A stretch of 64,000 nt of DNA. Source: Mycoplasma sp. CAG:956 (lineage in GTDB: Bacteria; Bacillota_I; Bacilli_A; RF39; UBA660). Position 1 is the stretch's first letter. Every line of letters starts with the position of its first letter. The stretch covers positions 23,806 through 87,805 of the forward strand of contig HF993102.1 of the NCBI GenBank assembly GCA_000433475.1. The letters run 5' to 3'. Made by a program: the position numbers and the translations under genes. This document shows positions 1 to 9,424 of this stretch, one piece after another. The notes under the pieces were generated by a model. It was not told the origin of the DNA. It saw nothing but the letters and a program-made list of their open reading frames with translations, and made no database searches.

Positions 1-34
1 CTTTTTATGGTGCAGTGGTTAATTACCCTATAAA

Positions 35-268
35 TTATTTAACCTTAATATGACCATTAAAAGTAGCCTCATATTCATTTATAAAATCTTTTAATAAGTA
101 ACTATTCTTTTTACAATTGTTTATACTTAAAACGACATTTTCAATATCATATTCCGTAACTATTTTAAAAACTCTTAATTTTAATCTATTTACATTGTAG
201 GAATTTAATTCTTCATAAATGTTAACAAATAAAGTATTATCATTATAAAATATATTCACAAGTATCAC
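35..268 (-). CDS. hypothetical small protein (77 aa)
   Basis: Complete ORF in the track. No recognisable motif. Confidence 0.3.
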   Translation of the reverse strand: MILVNIFYNDNTLFVNIYEELNSYNVNRLKLRVFKIVTEYDIENVVLSINNCKKNSYLLKDFINEYEATFNGHIKVK

Positions 269-360
269 CTAAATTAAATATAACAAATATCTTTAGCATT
301 TCATATAAATTCGACAAAACTTAGCAAAATCTCTTTTTTTCTTGGGGTTTTATAGTATAA

Positions 361-1719
361 TTGTCTTATGGTGGTGTTATTATGAAAATATTTTTAGCTA
401 CTTTAGTTAATAGATTTATTAACTTTGGCTGCAGACTTTTTGGTAAAAATGGAACGCAGTTACCTGGATATTGGGTTTTAAAAATCTTTGGCGATGATAT
501 CGTTAATTATGTCAAATATCCTAAGTATGTGATTGCTGTTACTGGTTCTTCTGGTAAAGGAACAACTTGCAATTTAATTAAACATATCTTAGTAGATGCT
601 GGGTATTCTGTTGCATTAAATGAGTATGGTTCTAACGGCTTAATTGGAGCTACAACTTTAATTTTTAACAATTTAAAACTTAATGGTGAATTTAAAAAAG
701 ATGTTTTACTTTTAGAATGTGATGAAAGGCATTTACAATTTATTTTTCCAAAGAAAAAGCCTACGCATTTAATTATAACTAATTTGACTCGCGATCAACC
801 GGTAAGAAATGGAACACCTGAAATTATTTTTAAAGAAATAAATAAGGCTATTGATGATTCTATTCATCTTATTATTAATGCTGATGACCCTTTAGTTAGC
901 CGCCTAAAACTTACCCATAAGGGTAAAATTACAACTTATGGTATTGATAAAACTAAACATAGTTTTAAAAAGCCAACCTTAAACAATGTTGATTTTGCTT
1001 ATTGTCCTAAATGTCATGAAAAGTTAGAATATTCTTATTATCATTACGGACATTTAGGTGACTATAAGTGCCCAAGATGTAATTTCTATCGTGGAGTACC
1101 TGATTGTCTAGCAACTAATATCAATTTAGATAAACAACATATTACCATTGATGGCAATGAGATCTATATTAATAAAAATGCTTTATATACGGCTTATGCT
1201 ACAACAGCGGCATATACTCTAGCTAAAGTCTTAAATATTCGTGAAGATAAAATTTTATATGCCTTAAATACTGATAAAATTGCCTCTAAACGTGGCAAAA
1301 CTTATTATATTGCAAATCGCCCTATCATGATGTTAGAAACTAAAAACGAAAATAATTTAAGCTATTATCAAAGTTGTGAGTACATCAGGGAGCAAAAGGG
1401 ACCTAAAACTGTAATTTTAGGTTTTGAAAATGTTTCTAGACGTTATAAAGAAAATGACCTTTCATGGTTATATGATGTTAACTTTGAATTATTAAATGAT
1501 GTCTCTATTGATAAAATTTTCTGCATTGGTAGATTTCGTTATGATGTTAAAACTCGCTTGGAATATGCAGGTATTGATAAGAATACATTAGTTTTAGTTG
1601 ATGATTTAAATAATCTTCTTAATTTAGTCGAAGAAAAATCAACTGGCGATATTTATACGATGGTATGTTTTGATATGACAGCTATTATTAAAAAAATGAT
1701 TGAGGAGCAAGAAAAATGA
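361..1719 (+). CDS. murT: Lipid II isoglutaminyl synthase ligase subunit MurT (Mur-ligase family with DUF1727)
   Basis: Mur-ligase P-loop 'VTGSSGKGTT'; 'NADDPLVSRLK'; Cys4 ribbon 'CPKCHEKLEYSYYHYGHLGDYKCPRC', as in S. aureus MurT. The likely true start is the ATG at 382 (MKIF...), preceded by GGTGGTG. It overlaps the next ORF by 4 nt. Confidence 0.85.
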   Translation: MSYGGVIMKIFLATLVNRFINFGCRLFGKNGTQLPGYWVLKIFGDDIVNYVKYPKYVIAVTGSSGKGTTCNLIKHILVDAGYSVALNEYGSNGLIGATTLIFNNLKLNGEFKKDVLLLECDERHLQFIFPKKKPTHLIITNLTRDQPVRNGTPEIIFKEINKAIDDSIHLIINADDPLVSRLKLTHKGKITTYGIDKTKHSFKKPTLNNVDFAYCPKCHEKLEYSYYHYGHLGDYKCPRCNFYRGVPDCLATNINLDKQHITIDGNEIYINKNALYTAYATTAAYTLAKVLNIREDKILYALNTDKIASKRGKTYYIANRPIMMLETKNENNLSYYQSCEYIREQKGPKTVILGFENVSRRYKENDLSWLYDVNFELLNDVSIDKIFCIGRFRYDVKTRLEYAGIDKNTLVLVDDLNNLLNLVEEKSTGDIYTMVCFDMTAIIKKMIEEQEK

Positions 1720-2396
1720 TTAAAATATTGCATTTATACTACGATATTATGAATATGTATGGAGAATCAGCTAATGTAAGAGCATTAATGCATGCCCTTG
1801 ATAAAGAAGATGTAAAATATAAAGTAGATTTTAAGTCTTTACATGATGATATTAAAATTATGGATTATGACTTTATTTATATAGGTACTGGTCTTGATGA
1901 ATCTTACCCTATAGTCTTAGAAGATTTAAAAAGATATAAGGAAGATTTAAGTAAGTATATTGATGCTAATAAATTTATTTTAGTAACAGGTAATGCTCTA
2001 GATTTATTTAGTGATTTAAAAATACTAAAATTTAAGAGTGTTAAAGAAGATTTCAGGATTATTGGTGAGCAAGTCTATACAACCGATTTAATTAAAAATT
2101 ATGTTATTGGTTTTCAAAATCGTGATACAGTTATTAAAGAATATAGCGAGACCTCCTTATTTAAAGTAACAACAGGCACTGGCTTTGCTCCTAATAATAA
2201 AAATGAAGGCATTAGAAAAAATAATTTCTATGGCACTTACTTGCTAGGTCCCCTTCTTATTCGTAATCCTTATCTATTAGAATATTTTACAAAGAATTTA
2301 CTTAAAAGTAAAAATATTAAATATAAAGCTATGTCTCATGATACAGCTTATCAAGCATATGATACTTATTTAAAAAATTTTGTTAATAAAGAGTAA
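1716..2396 (+). CDS. gatD: GatD-like glutamine-amidotransferase-fold partner of MurT (CobB/CobQ-type GATase domain)
   Basis: ATGA overlap with murT. The C-terminal 'EGIRKNNFYGTYLLGPLL' aligns to GatD 'EGIHYKNLLGTYLHGPIL'. The expected nucleophile and His positions appear substituted (see findings). Confidence 0.7.
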   Translation: MIKILHLYYDIMNMYGESANVRALMHALDKEDVKYKVDFKSLHDDIKIMDYDFIYIGTGLDESYPIVLEDLKRYKEDLSKYIDANKFILVTGNALDLFSDLKILKFKSVKEDFRIIGEQVYTTDLIKNYVIGFQNRDTVIKEYSETSLFKVTTGTGFAPNNKNEGIRKNNFYGTYLLGPLLIRNPYLLEYFTKNLLKSKNIKYKAMSHDTAYQAYDTYLKNFVNKE

Positions 2397-2400
2397 AAAA

Positions 2401-2432
2401 ACTTATAGAAATCTTAAATTTCTATAAGTTTT
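2401..2432. terminator. bidirectional rho-independent terminator between convergent gatD and the LysM/GH25 gene
   Basis: Palindrome 'cttatagaaatcttaaatttctataag' flanked by A-run and T-run. Confidence 0.55.
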
Positions 2433-2434
2433 TT

Positions 2435-4294
2435 CTATAGACTTTTTCTAGTAGAATCAGTATAAGATACATTAGCATTTCTGGTATTGTTTAACCCACG
2501 GTTATAAATAATTTGTGGATAATTTCTAAAAGCCTTATCTAAATCAAGATTCTTAGAATAGCCTTTAAGAAAAGCATTGTCACTTACTTGATGAATACCA
2601 AAATTGGTTACATACTCAGGCATCTTTAAGTTATCAATATTAGTTGATTTTGAAAAATAAATTTTTTCTCCAAATTTAGAATTAGAAGAATATTTTCCAT
2701 ATCTAGCTATCCAAGTATCAATGCCAAAGATACCACCATCTTCTGTTTTAAAGGGGCGAAGATAATCTTTAACACAAGCATCTCCAGTATAAAGCATTAC
2801 ATAATAACCGGCTTCTTGTAGTAAACGGATGGTTTCCATGATGGCTTTATAGGCATCAGAATTTTTCCCATGTTCTTTTAAATCATTTAAAATTCTCTTA
2901 CAATCAGCAATATCTTCAATATCCAAAGCAATAGGCATAAAAGTATAATAGCCAAGAGACTCTAAGTACCTTAAATATTGAATTATTTTTTTCGTTTCGG
3001 TATTTGCTTCAGAAACATTTCTTGCTGATGGAAAATAATAATAACCTGCTACTACATTATTAGCTCTTAAAATCTCAATATTTTTTGTAAAGTTAGCATC
3101 AACACTAGGATTATTAGCAAGACAGTTACCTATACGGTTATAAACAAAACGAATGTTTGGATTAGCTTGTAAAACTTTATTTAAATCCATTGTATCTTGG
3201 TGTTTTGAAATATCAATCCCATACACATGACCATTTCTAGCAATTTGTTCGTTCCAATCTGATATGCTTTTAACAGGAATATCACTTTTAGCATCAATAT
3301 TATCTTCATAATCTAATTTTTCTTCAGTTATAGAAATAGTGCTACTATCAGGTAAATATATTGTTTCACCAGGATTAATTGCTGAAGTACCATTAACATA
3401 TAAAATATCTTCTGGATAAATTCCTAATCTAGAGGCTAAATCTTCTATGGTTTCACTGTCACCTAATTTATACTTTTTATAGATATCCATATCAGTAGCA
3501 ACAAGAACTTTATCACCTGGTTGATAATAAGATGGATAAGTTATACCGTTTAAACTTTCAAATAAAGGGATAGACATACCAAATTTCAAGCATATATCAT
3601 CAATATTTTCAAAGTTTTTAACAATATATCCTTTAATATTATTTTTAACGGCTAAAGTTAAAATATCTCCTTCTTTGATACTGTTAATATTTTTTAAATT
3701 AGGATTTAATTCTTTTATCTTATCAATATCACAGCCAAAAGTAGTACTGATACCAGAAATAGTATCGCCAGATTTAATTATATAATTTATTTCATAAAAC
3801 TCTTTTTTTATCTTAGGAACATTTAAAATTAAACCAGGATATATTTTATCTGGGTTAGAAATAGCTTGGCTATTTAAGGCAATCAAGTCTTCTAAACTTA
3901 TGTTATGACTTTTAGCAATACTAGTTAAATTATCACCTGGTTCTACGATATAATCTTCATAAAGTTCTTCATCTAGTTTTATCATCGGAACCTTAATAAT
4001 TGTATCAATTAAAATATTGTTTTCATCTTTTATGTCAGGATTCATTTCTAAAATCGTTTCAACAGTAGTTTGATAATCTTTGGCAATTTGCCATAAAGTA
4101 TCACCAGATTTAATCTTTATTTCAATAATTTCACGAATATTACCATCTTTGTCAACATAAGTTGAACCTATTTCGTATTTTTTCTTACAACCAGTAAGGC
4201 TTAGTATAACGGGTGCTACCGCTACTACCTTCAAAAAATCACGACGTGATATTTTAAGTCTATTATTTTCTTTTATTTCTTCTTTCATAACCAA
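2435..4294 (-). CDS. Lipoprotein with multiple LysM repeats and a C-terminal GH25 muramidase (lysozyme) domain; probable autolysin
   Basis: Lipobox 'LTGCKK'. Repeated LysM-like units (SGDTLWQIAKDY..., PGDNLTSIAKSHNISLEDLIALN, SGDTISGISTTFG...). GH25-type 'YGIDISKHQ' region near the C-terminus. Confidence 0.7.
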   Translation of the reverse strand: MVMKEEIKENNRLKISRRDFLKVVAVAPVILSLTGCKKKYEIGSTYVDKDGNIREIIEIKIKSGDTLWQIAKDYQTTVETILEMNPDIKDENNILIDTIIKVPMIKLDEELYEDYIVEPGDNLTSIAKSHNISLEDLIALNSQAISNPDKIYPGLILNVPKIKKEFYEINYIIKSGDTISGISTTFGCDIDKIKELNPNLKNINSIKEGDILTLAVKNNIKGYIVKNFENIDDICLKFGMSIPLFESLNGITYPSYYQPGDKVLVATDMDIYKKYKLGDSETIEDLASRLGIYPEDILYVNGTSAINPGETIYLPDSSTISITEEKLDYEDNIDAKSDIPVKSISDWNEQIARNGHVYGIDISKHQDTMDLNKVLQANPNIRFVYNRIGNCLANNPSVDANFTKNIEILRANNVVAGYYYFPSARNVSEANTETKKIIQYLRYLESLGYYTFMPIALDIEDIADCKRILNDLKEHGKNSDAYKAIMETIRLLQEAGYYVMLYTGDACVKDYLRPFKTEDGGIFGIDTWIARYGKYSSNSKFGEKIYFSKSTNIDNLKMPEYVTNFGIHQVSDNAFLKGYSKNLDLDKAFRNYPQIIYNRGLNNTRNANVSYTDSTRKSL

Positions 4295-4480
4295 TTCCCC
4301 TTTTTTATTGATTGTTACTATAACACGAAGTTTAATTTAAGTCAACTGTTTACTTTGAATTTTAGCATGCTTATGTTTAACTTATGATAATGTCCCAATA
4401 GTTATTTTAAAAAATATGAAGATATCAAAAAAAGAAGCTTTAAAACTTCTATAAATGTCTGCTCATAAATTGGATAATTT

Positions 4481-4864
4481 TCATCTACGATGAGATAATT
4501 TCATTGTACGTTCATTGGGTTCTTTTGCTCCTAGAAAATCATCAGTATCTAAAGTAGGCTCTTCATCTGGTCCATTATCTATTTCATAGGTATCAACTAA
4601 ATATTGTTCTAAAGAATCGCTCAATTCTATTTCAGCATTCAAATGTTTTTGCTTACTTTCTTCTAGTATTTTACAAATATTTTGTTCTCGTCTTAAAACA
4701 TAAACAAAATATTTAGCTAAGGCATCATCACTCCAATTAGCAATGTCTCTCCTACTTAAGGACTCTGAATTATCAAATGGTAATAATCCACGGTATTTAT
4801 ATATAGTACTAATATATTCCGCAACAAGTTGGTCTGGCATTAGATACTCCCCCTTTTTTAGCAT
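4481..4864 (-). CDS. hypothetical acidic protein (127 aa); paralog of 4898..5311
   Basis: Shares 'IAN(W/L)SD..L..Y...L' and a C-terminal 'TD(D/T)FLG(A/P)' motif with the adjacent ORF. Confidence 0.4.
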   Translation of the reverse strand: MLKKGEYLMPDQLVAEYISTIYKYRGLLPFDNSESLSRRDIANWSDDALAKYFVYVLRREQNICKILEESKQKHLNAEIELSDSLEQYLVDTYEIDNGPDEEPTLDTDDFLGAKEPNERTMKLSHRR

Positions 4865-4897
4865 CTAATATAATAGCACAATTTTACAAATTGTCAA

Positions 4898-5311
4898 TTA
4901 TCTTTTTTCATTTTGTTCAGAATCCTTGGCCTCACGAATTAAGCGAAGATTTTGTTCATCTATTTCTTTGCGAACTTCTTCTATAATCTTAGCATGGGGA
5001 TTGGGCTGAACTGGTCCTAAAAAAGTATCGGTTTGACATTCATTTAAAATTATTGAATCATCTTCATATGGTTCGGAGTCAATTTCATTATCCTTATTAA
5101 TATAAGCTTTTTTGATTTGTTCTTCAGTTTCCATCTTTATTTTAATTAAGCATCTTTGAATATCCAAGTAATAACGAATTAGATCATAATCAGAAAGATT
5201 AGCTATCTGGGCATAACTATAAGGATAGCCAGTACCACGTATCTTGATATGAATCAAGTTTTGATATCGATATATAATTTTAACATATTTTGATTTTTCA
5301 AGCTCAAGCAT
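4898..5311 (-). CDS. hypothetical acidic protein (137 aa); paralog of 4481..4864
   Basis: See the paralog. No known domain recognised. Confidence 0.4.
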   Translation of the reverse strand: MLELEKSKYVKIIYRYQNLIHIKIRGTGYPYSYAQIANLSDYDLIRYYLDIQRCLIKIKMETEEQIKKAYINKDNEIDSEPYEDDSIILNECQTDTFLGPVQPNPHAKIIEEVRKEIDEQNLRLIREAKDSEQNEKR

Positions 5312-5365
5312 ATTTTCACCTCAAAAACTAACGTTAGGATAACATAAATTATACACATTTGCAAC

Positions 5366-5683
5366 TTAAAATAAACTTCCTAGTAATTCCAAGAAATCCT
5401 TGATACCGCCATCCATTAATTTATCTAAGCTAGTACCAATTTTACTACCAAATCTAGAGACTCCTGAGGAGTAATCAATATAATCTTTAGTTAAATAATC
5501 TTTTAAATCAATATTTTTACCGTCTTTAACATCTTGCTCAAATTCTTTTAATTTTTCCTCTGTAATTGTTGCTTTTCTACCCATTTTAACATCATAATAA
5601 CCAGATTCTAAGGCAATGTATAAAGCAATAAATATTAAGAAAAATACAAATAAAATTTTAAAGAAAGGGTTAACCTTTTTCAT
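5366..5683 (-). CDS. small membrane-anchored protein (105 aa) translationally coupled to spoIIP; possibly YqxA-like
   Basis: N-terminal TM helix. 4-nt overlap with the spoIIP stop. B. subtilis has yqxA directly downstream of spoIIP. Confidence 0.4.
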   Translation of the reverse strand: MKKVNPFFKILFVFFLIFIALYIALESGYYDVKMGRKATITEEKLKEFEQDVKDGKNIDLKDYLTKDYIDYSSGVSRFGSKIGTSLDKLMDGGIKDFLELLGSLF

Positions 5684-6615
5684 ATGTTTTCTCCTATATA
5701 ATCATAAAGCATTTTAGCTAATATATCTATAGTATTAGATACTTCTAACATAGTATTATATTGTCCACCTAGTTCAATTAGAATACAATTGCTATTAAAA
5801 TCTTGATTATATATACCATTAACTCCTGGTCCACTCTTTTTATAAATACCTCTTGTAAGACTTGGATATTTAGCTTTTATTAAGTTATTAATATCAGTTG
5901 CTACTTTTAAATTGGCATTATAATTATCGTGTTCTAGTCCTACTAAAAACATAACTCTAGCATATGACTTACCATCTATTGTGGTAGTAGTTTTACTTTT
6001 TAAGGAAGAATCACGATGCAAATCAATAAAGTATTTTAAAGAAGTATTATTTTGATAAGTATTTTCTAAATAAATTCTTGAAGCTTTATAAGAATCTTTA
6101 TAAACCCAGTTATTTTTATTTAGGGCATCTTTAATCATTCTTTTTTCAACAATTGTGTTAAGCCCTAAATCACTTAGCTTTTCTTGTAAATAGTAAGAAG
6201 CAATTTTAACGTCTGGTTTAATATTATAAATATTAAAATAGCTACTAGCATAACCCTCGGTATCATGGGTACTATATATATAAATAATTGGTTTAGTACT
6301 ATTTGAGACCTCTTTAGTATTAGACTTATCAGTAATTTGACTGGTATCGTCATTATTATTTTCTGTTACCGAAGTATTATCAAATGTAGTATTACTCAGT
6401 AGGCTAGATTTAATATAACTACTATCAATTTGCTTATTAAAGCCAACTTTTAATAAATAGTTTAGGTAATCTTCGCTTGATATCATGTTTCTTACTTTGT
6501 AATAAAAGTAAAGATAACTTAAGAAAAAACCTATTAAGATAAATATTAAATAGATGATTTTCTTAAGATTATTTAATTTTTTCCTGCTTTTAAATCTTTT
6601 TTTCATAATTATCAC
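5680..6615 (-). CDS. spoIIP: Stage II sporulation protein P (SpoIIP family)
   Basis: N-terminal TM. 'IIYIYSTHDTEGY', 'IDLHRDS' and 'ILIELGG' motifs typical of SpoIIP. Located near rpsT as in Bacillus. Confidence 0.7.
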   Translation of the reverse strand: MIIMKKRFKSRKKLNNLKKIIYLIFILIGFFLSYLYFYYKVRNMISSEDYLNYLLKVGFNKQIDSSYIKSSLLSNTTFDNTSVTENNNDDTSQITDKSNTKEVSNSTKPIIYIYSTHDTEGYASSYFNIYNIKPDVKIASYYLQEKLSDLGLNTIVEKRMIKDALNKNNWVYKDSYKASRIYLENTYQNNTSLKYFIDLHRDSSLKSKTTTTIDGKSYARVMFLVGLEHDNYNANLKVATDINNLIKAKYPSLTRGIYKKSGPGVNGIYNQDFNSNCILIELGGQYNTMLEVSNTIDILAKMLYDYIGENI

Positions 6616-6677
6616 TATTTAATTTTAGTAAATAACACTTAAATAATATGTCAAATTATGCTTAAAAATTTAATTTT

Positions 6678-7778
6678 TTATATTTTATTACTTTTACCCT
6701 GATTACATCTTTGACACAATGTTTGTAAATTAGACATGGTTGTTTTACCACCCTTGGAGACTGGAATAATATGGTCGACTTGTAATTTTATACCATCTTT
6801 TACTGTAGCTCCACACATTTTGCAAGTGAAATGATCTCTTTTTAGTACTTCATATCTTAGAGTCGACGTTATTTTGTTTCTTTCTCTTTTTATCGTTTCG
6901 CAATACTTTTTGCCATTTAACCATTCATTATAAATATTTAGTATTTGCTTCCAAGTAATTATGCCAATATTTTTATACCAAACAGCACCATTATAGGCAT
7001 GATAAGTAATAGTAATTTTAACATTTAATAATAAATTTTCTTTTTGGTATATTAATGAAGATATTATTCTTTTTTCAAGTCTTTGATAGAAAAAGCGATT
7101 CTTTTTACCTACAAAATCAGAATTATTTAATAAAATTTTATTAAGTTCTTCTTTGTAATTTTTTAAATTTTGAAGATCTAGTATAGTATTTTCTATTGAC
7201 TTTCGAAGACAATTAATATCATTTTCAATATAATATCTAATAACTTCTTCTTTAGTAATATTATTAAATTTTCTTTTAGAAGATACTTGCTCTTTGATGG
7301 TTATAGTGTTTGTCTTGTTATTAAATTGATATTTATTATTTAATTCTTTTATTTTAATAGCTTTAGTACTGATTAATATTAGTTTTTTATAATAATTAAA
7401 TATATTTTTAATAATAAAAATGTAAATAATAATTGGTAGAATAAATGCGATGATATTTAAATCATTTGTAAATTCATTATTAAGTTTTAATATATAGTTA
7501 AGAATACTTATTACTTGATAATTAAACACCCATATTAATAAAAAGATAAGAACTTTTTTAGCTTTTGACATATAAATTATGTTTTCTAGGATGCTAATTT
7601 TAGTCATTGCTGGTTTTAAAATAAAGACATAGATAATACTAGGTAATAGAAAAAGAATAAGGCTAATATTTTTGACTAATAAAGAATCTAAACCTATGGA
7701 TTGTAAACTATAATATGATATATAGAAAGCAATATAGCTGATTAAAATTAGTAATATATTTTTTTGATATTTGGACAT
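6678..7778 (-). CDS. Polytopic membrane protein with C-terminal HNH endonuclease domain
   Basis: About 4 N-terminal TM helices. C-terminal 'HFTCKMCG...VDHIIPVSKGGKTTMSNLQTLCQRCNQGK' (HNH with CxxC...CxxC zinc knuckle). Confidence 0.6.
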   Translation of the reverse strand: MSKYQKNILLILISYIAFYISYYSLQSIGLDSLLVKNISLILFLLPSIIYVFILKPAMTKISILENIIYMSKAKKVLIFLLIWVFNYQVISILNYILKLNNEFTNDLNIIAFILPIIIYIFIIKNIFNYYKKLILISTKAIKIKELNNKYQFNNKTNTITIKEQVSSKRKFNNITKEEVIRYYIENDINCLRKSIENTILDLQNLKNYKEELNKILLNNSDFVGKKNRFFYQRLEKRIISSLIYQKENLLLNVKITITYHAYNGAVWYKNIGIITWKQILNIYNEWLNGKKYCETIKRERNKITSTLRYEVLKRDHFTCKMCGATVKDGIKLQVDHIIPVSKGGKTTMSNLQTLCQRCNQGKSNKI

Positions 7779-7809
7779 AATATCACCTTATTCTTCTTTT
7801 AATATAGTT

Positions 7810-8925
7810 TTATTTTGTAACTTTTGTTAATTTTCTACCGCTATTTCCAATACCTAGAGATTCTTCAATCATTTTGATATCATCTTCACCATATAATTTG
7901 CCTAGTAAAGTTTTTTTAAAGTAACCAACATTTTTTTGATTATTAACACCATCATTATAACTATTTATATCTAACTGTTCTACAAAGAAAGTAAATTCAT
8001 TAACATTTGGCTCTTTATTAATGCTTAAACATGCTTTTAAATAAGAAAATATAACAGTTTGTAAAAAGCAATTATAAGAGCCATCATTATCTGGTAAGAC
8101 ATTTAAATTAGCATCATCGGTTGGAACAAAGGTAGCATTTGGCTTAATAGCTGCTTGAATTGTTTTATTATTTTTAACAAAGTCTTTAATATAAAAATAC
8201 TGTTCTGGACTAGTAAATCTAAATACGATGGCATCATTTGCAGGAACCGTTCTAAATTTAGTTTGACCTAAAAGTTCACCATTAAAATTGCGACGAAAAT
8301 TATTAACAAAATTAATAATTTCTAGAACTACTTCAGTATATTTTTCTGGTACAACTGAAAGATAAGCTTTACCAAAATAATAATGGTTAGCCATATCATG
8401 AAAGATAAAATTCATTCCCCTGTCTACTGTAAAGTCTTCGACTTGTCGTTCTAAAGCATTTAAATTATGGACGTCTTTTTTACTACCTGCGATTCTTTGA
8501 GTCCAAATCGTAGCATTAAGTAAATTATTTATATCATAAAATATTTTTAAAAGATTTTTATCATACTTGCCAGCAAACTTACTATCCACTGCCGCATAAA
8601 AGGTTTCAAAATCCGTTGAGGCTTGCCAAATTGACTCAGCATCAGTTTCAAGCAAATCTGGGCCCCAAGAAGAACATCTACCGGTGGCTTTAAAAGCTGC
8701 TAAATCTTGTTCCATTTTTGACCATTTACCCTTTAATATAGTATCGTAGCACTCTATTATATTAAGATATAAACCAAACTGCTCATCTTTTTTAGTACTA
8801 ATAGCCCCACTTTCAGTAATCAACTTTTTCTTTTCTTCTTTGGTTAAATCTGGACGTGCCATTGTCTTTTCATACTCTTGCATGGCATGATACCATTTTT
8901 TTAACAATTCATCAATATTTTTCAT
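7810..8925 (-). CDS. hypothetical cytoplasmic protein (371 aa)
   Basis: Long ORF with a strong RBS context. No recognisable motif. Occupies the position of gpr in Bacillus but lacks Gpr/HybD-like motifs. Confidence 0.4.
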   Translation of the reverse strand: MKNIDELLKKWYHAMQEYEKTMARPDLTKEEKKKLITESGAISTKKDEQFGLYLNIIECYDTILKGKWSKMEQDLAAFKATGRCSSWGPDLLETDAESIWQASTDFETFYAAVDSKFAGKYDKNLLKIFYDINNLLNATIWTQRIAGSKKDVHNLNALERQVEDFTVDRGMNFIFHDMANHYYFGKAYLSVVPEKYTEVVLEIINFVNNFRRNFNGELLGQTKFRTVPANDAIVFRFTSPEQYFYIKDFVKNNKTIQAAIKPNATFVPTDDANLNVLPDNDGSYNCFLQTVIFSYLKACLSINKEPNVNEFTFFVEQLDINSYNDGVNNQKNVGYFKKTLLGKLYGEDDIKMIEESLGIGNSGRKLTKVTK

Positions 8926-9068
8926 ATATAACCCCCCTTAAAATGCTAACTATCGCATTTGTTGACAGCTACTTTAGCACTAAATTTATTATTTGTCAAC
9001 TTTATTCATATCATTTTAATCAAAGAACAACACTTATCATAAGAAATAGAAAAAAAATTTCAAATGCC

Positions 9069-9097
9069 TTGAAAAGTCTTGAAATATTTGATAAAAT
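9069..9097 (+). promoter_or_regulatory. sigmaA-type promoter for rpsT
   Basis: TTGAAA, 17 nt spacer, TGaTAAAAT extended -10. RBS AAGGAAGGAG follows. Confidence 0.45.
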
Positions 9098-9127
9098 CAT
9101 ATAGACATTTAAGGAAGGAGCAAGAGT

Positions 9128-9391
9128 ATGGCTAATATTAAGAGTTCTAAGAAAGCGATTAAACAAATTGCTAAAACTACTGCTAATAACCATGAATTAA
9201 AAGCAAGAGTTAAGAATACTATTAAGGCTTGTGAAAAAGCAATCGCATCAAAGAATAAAGAAGAAGCGACTTCTTTAGTTAAAGAAGTACAAACTGTAAT
9301 TGATAGAGCATCTAGCAAAGGTCTTGTTAAAAAGAATACTGCTGCTAGACAAAAATCAAGATTAAATAATAAAGTTAAAGAAATGAACTAG
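9128..9391 (+). CDS. rpsT: 30S ribosomal protein S20
   Basis: MANIKSSKKAIKQ...ARQKSRLN is a canonical S20. Strong SD. Confidence 0.9.
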   Translation: MANIKSSKKAIKQIAKTTANNHELKARVKNTIKACEKAIASKNKEEATSLVKEVQTVIDRASSKGLVKKNTAARQKSRLNNKVKEMN

Positions 9392-9410
9392 TAAGGGTTC
9401 ATTTTTTTTG
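9383..9410 (+). terminator. rho-independent terminator of rpsT
   Basis: ATGAAC-loop-GTTCAT hairpin plus T8. Confidence 0.45.
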
Positions 9411-9424
9411 ATATAATCTACTAG

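Noticed and set aside
268-360. Possible promoter (TATAAT at 356-361) for murT.
   Set aside because: No convincing -35 at proper spacing, so the call is too weak.
7810-8925. Possibility that the 371-aa protein is germination protease Gpr, by synteny with rpsT/spoIIP.
   Set aside because: It lacks the HybD/Gpr-type 'GLGN...D' and 'IAIDALAAR' motifs and shows no protease signature.
8856-9318. ORFs 8856-9104 (+) and 9109-9318 (-).
   Set aside because: The first spans the start of the 371-aa gene and the intergenic region. The second is antisense to rpsT.
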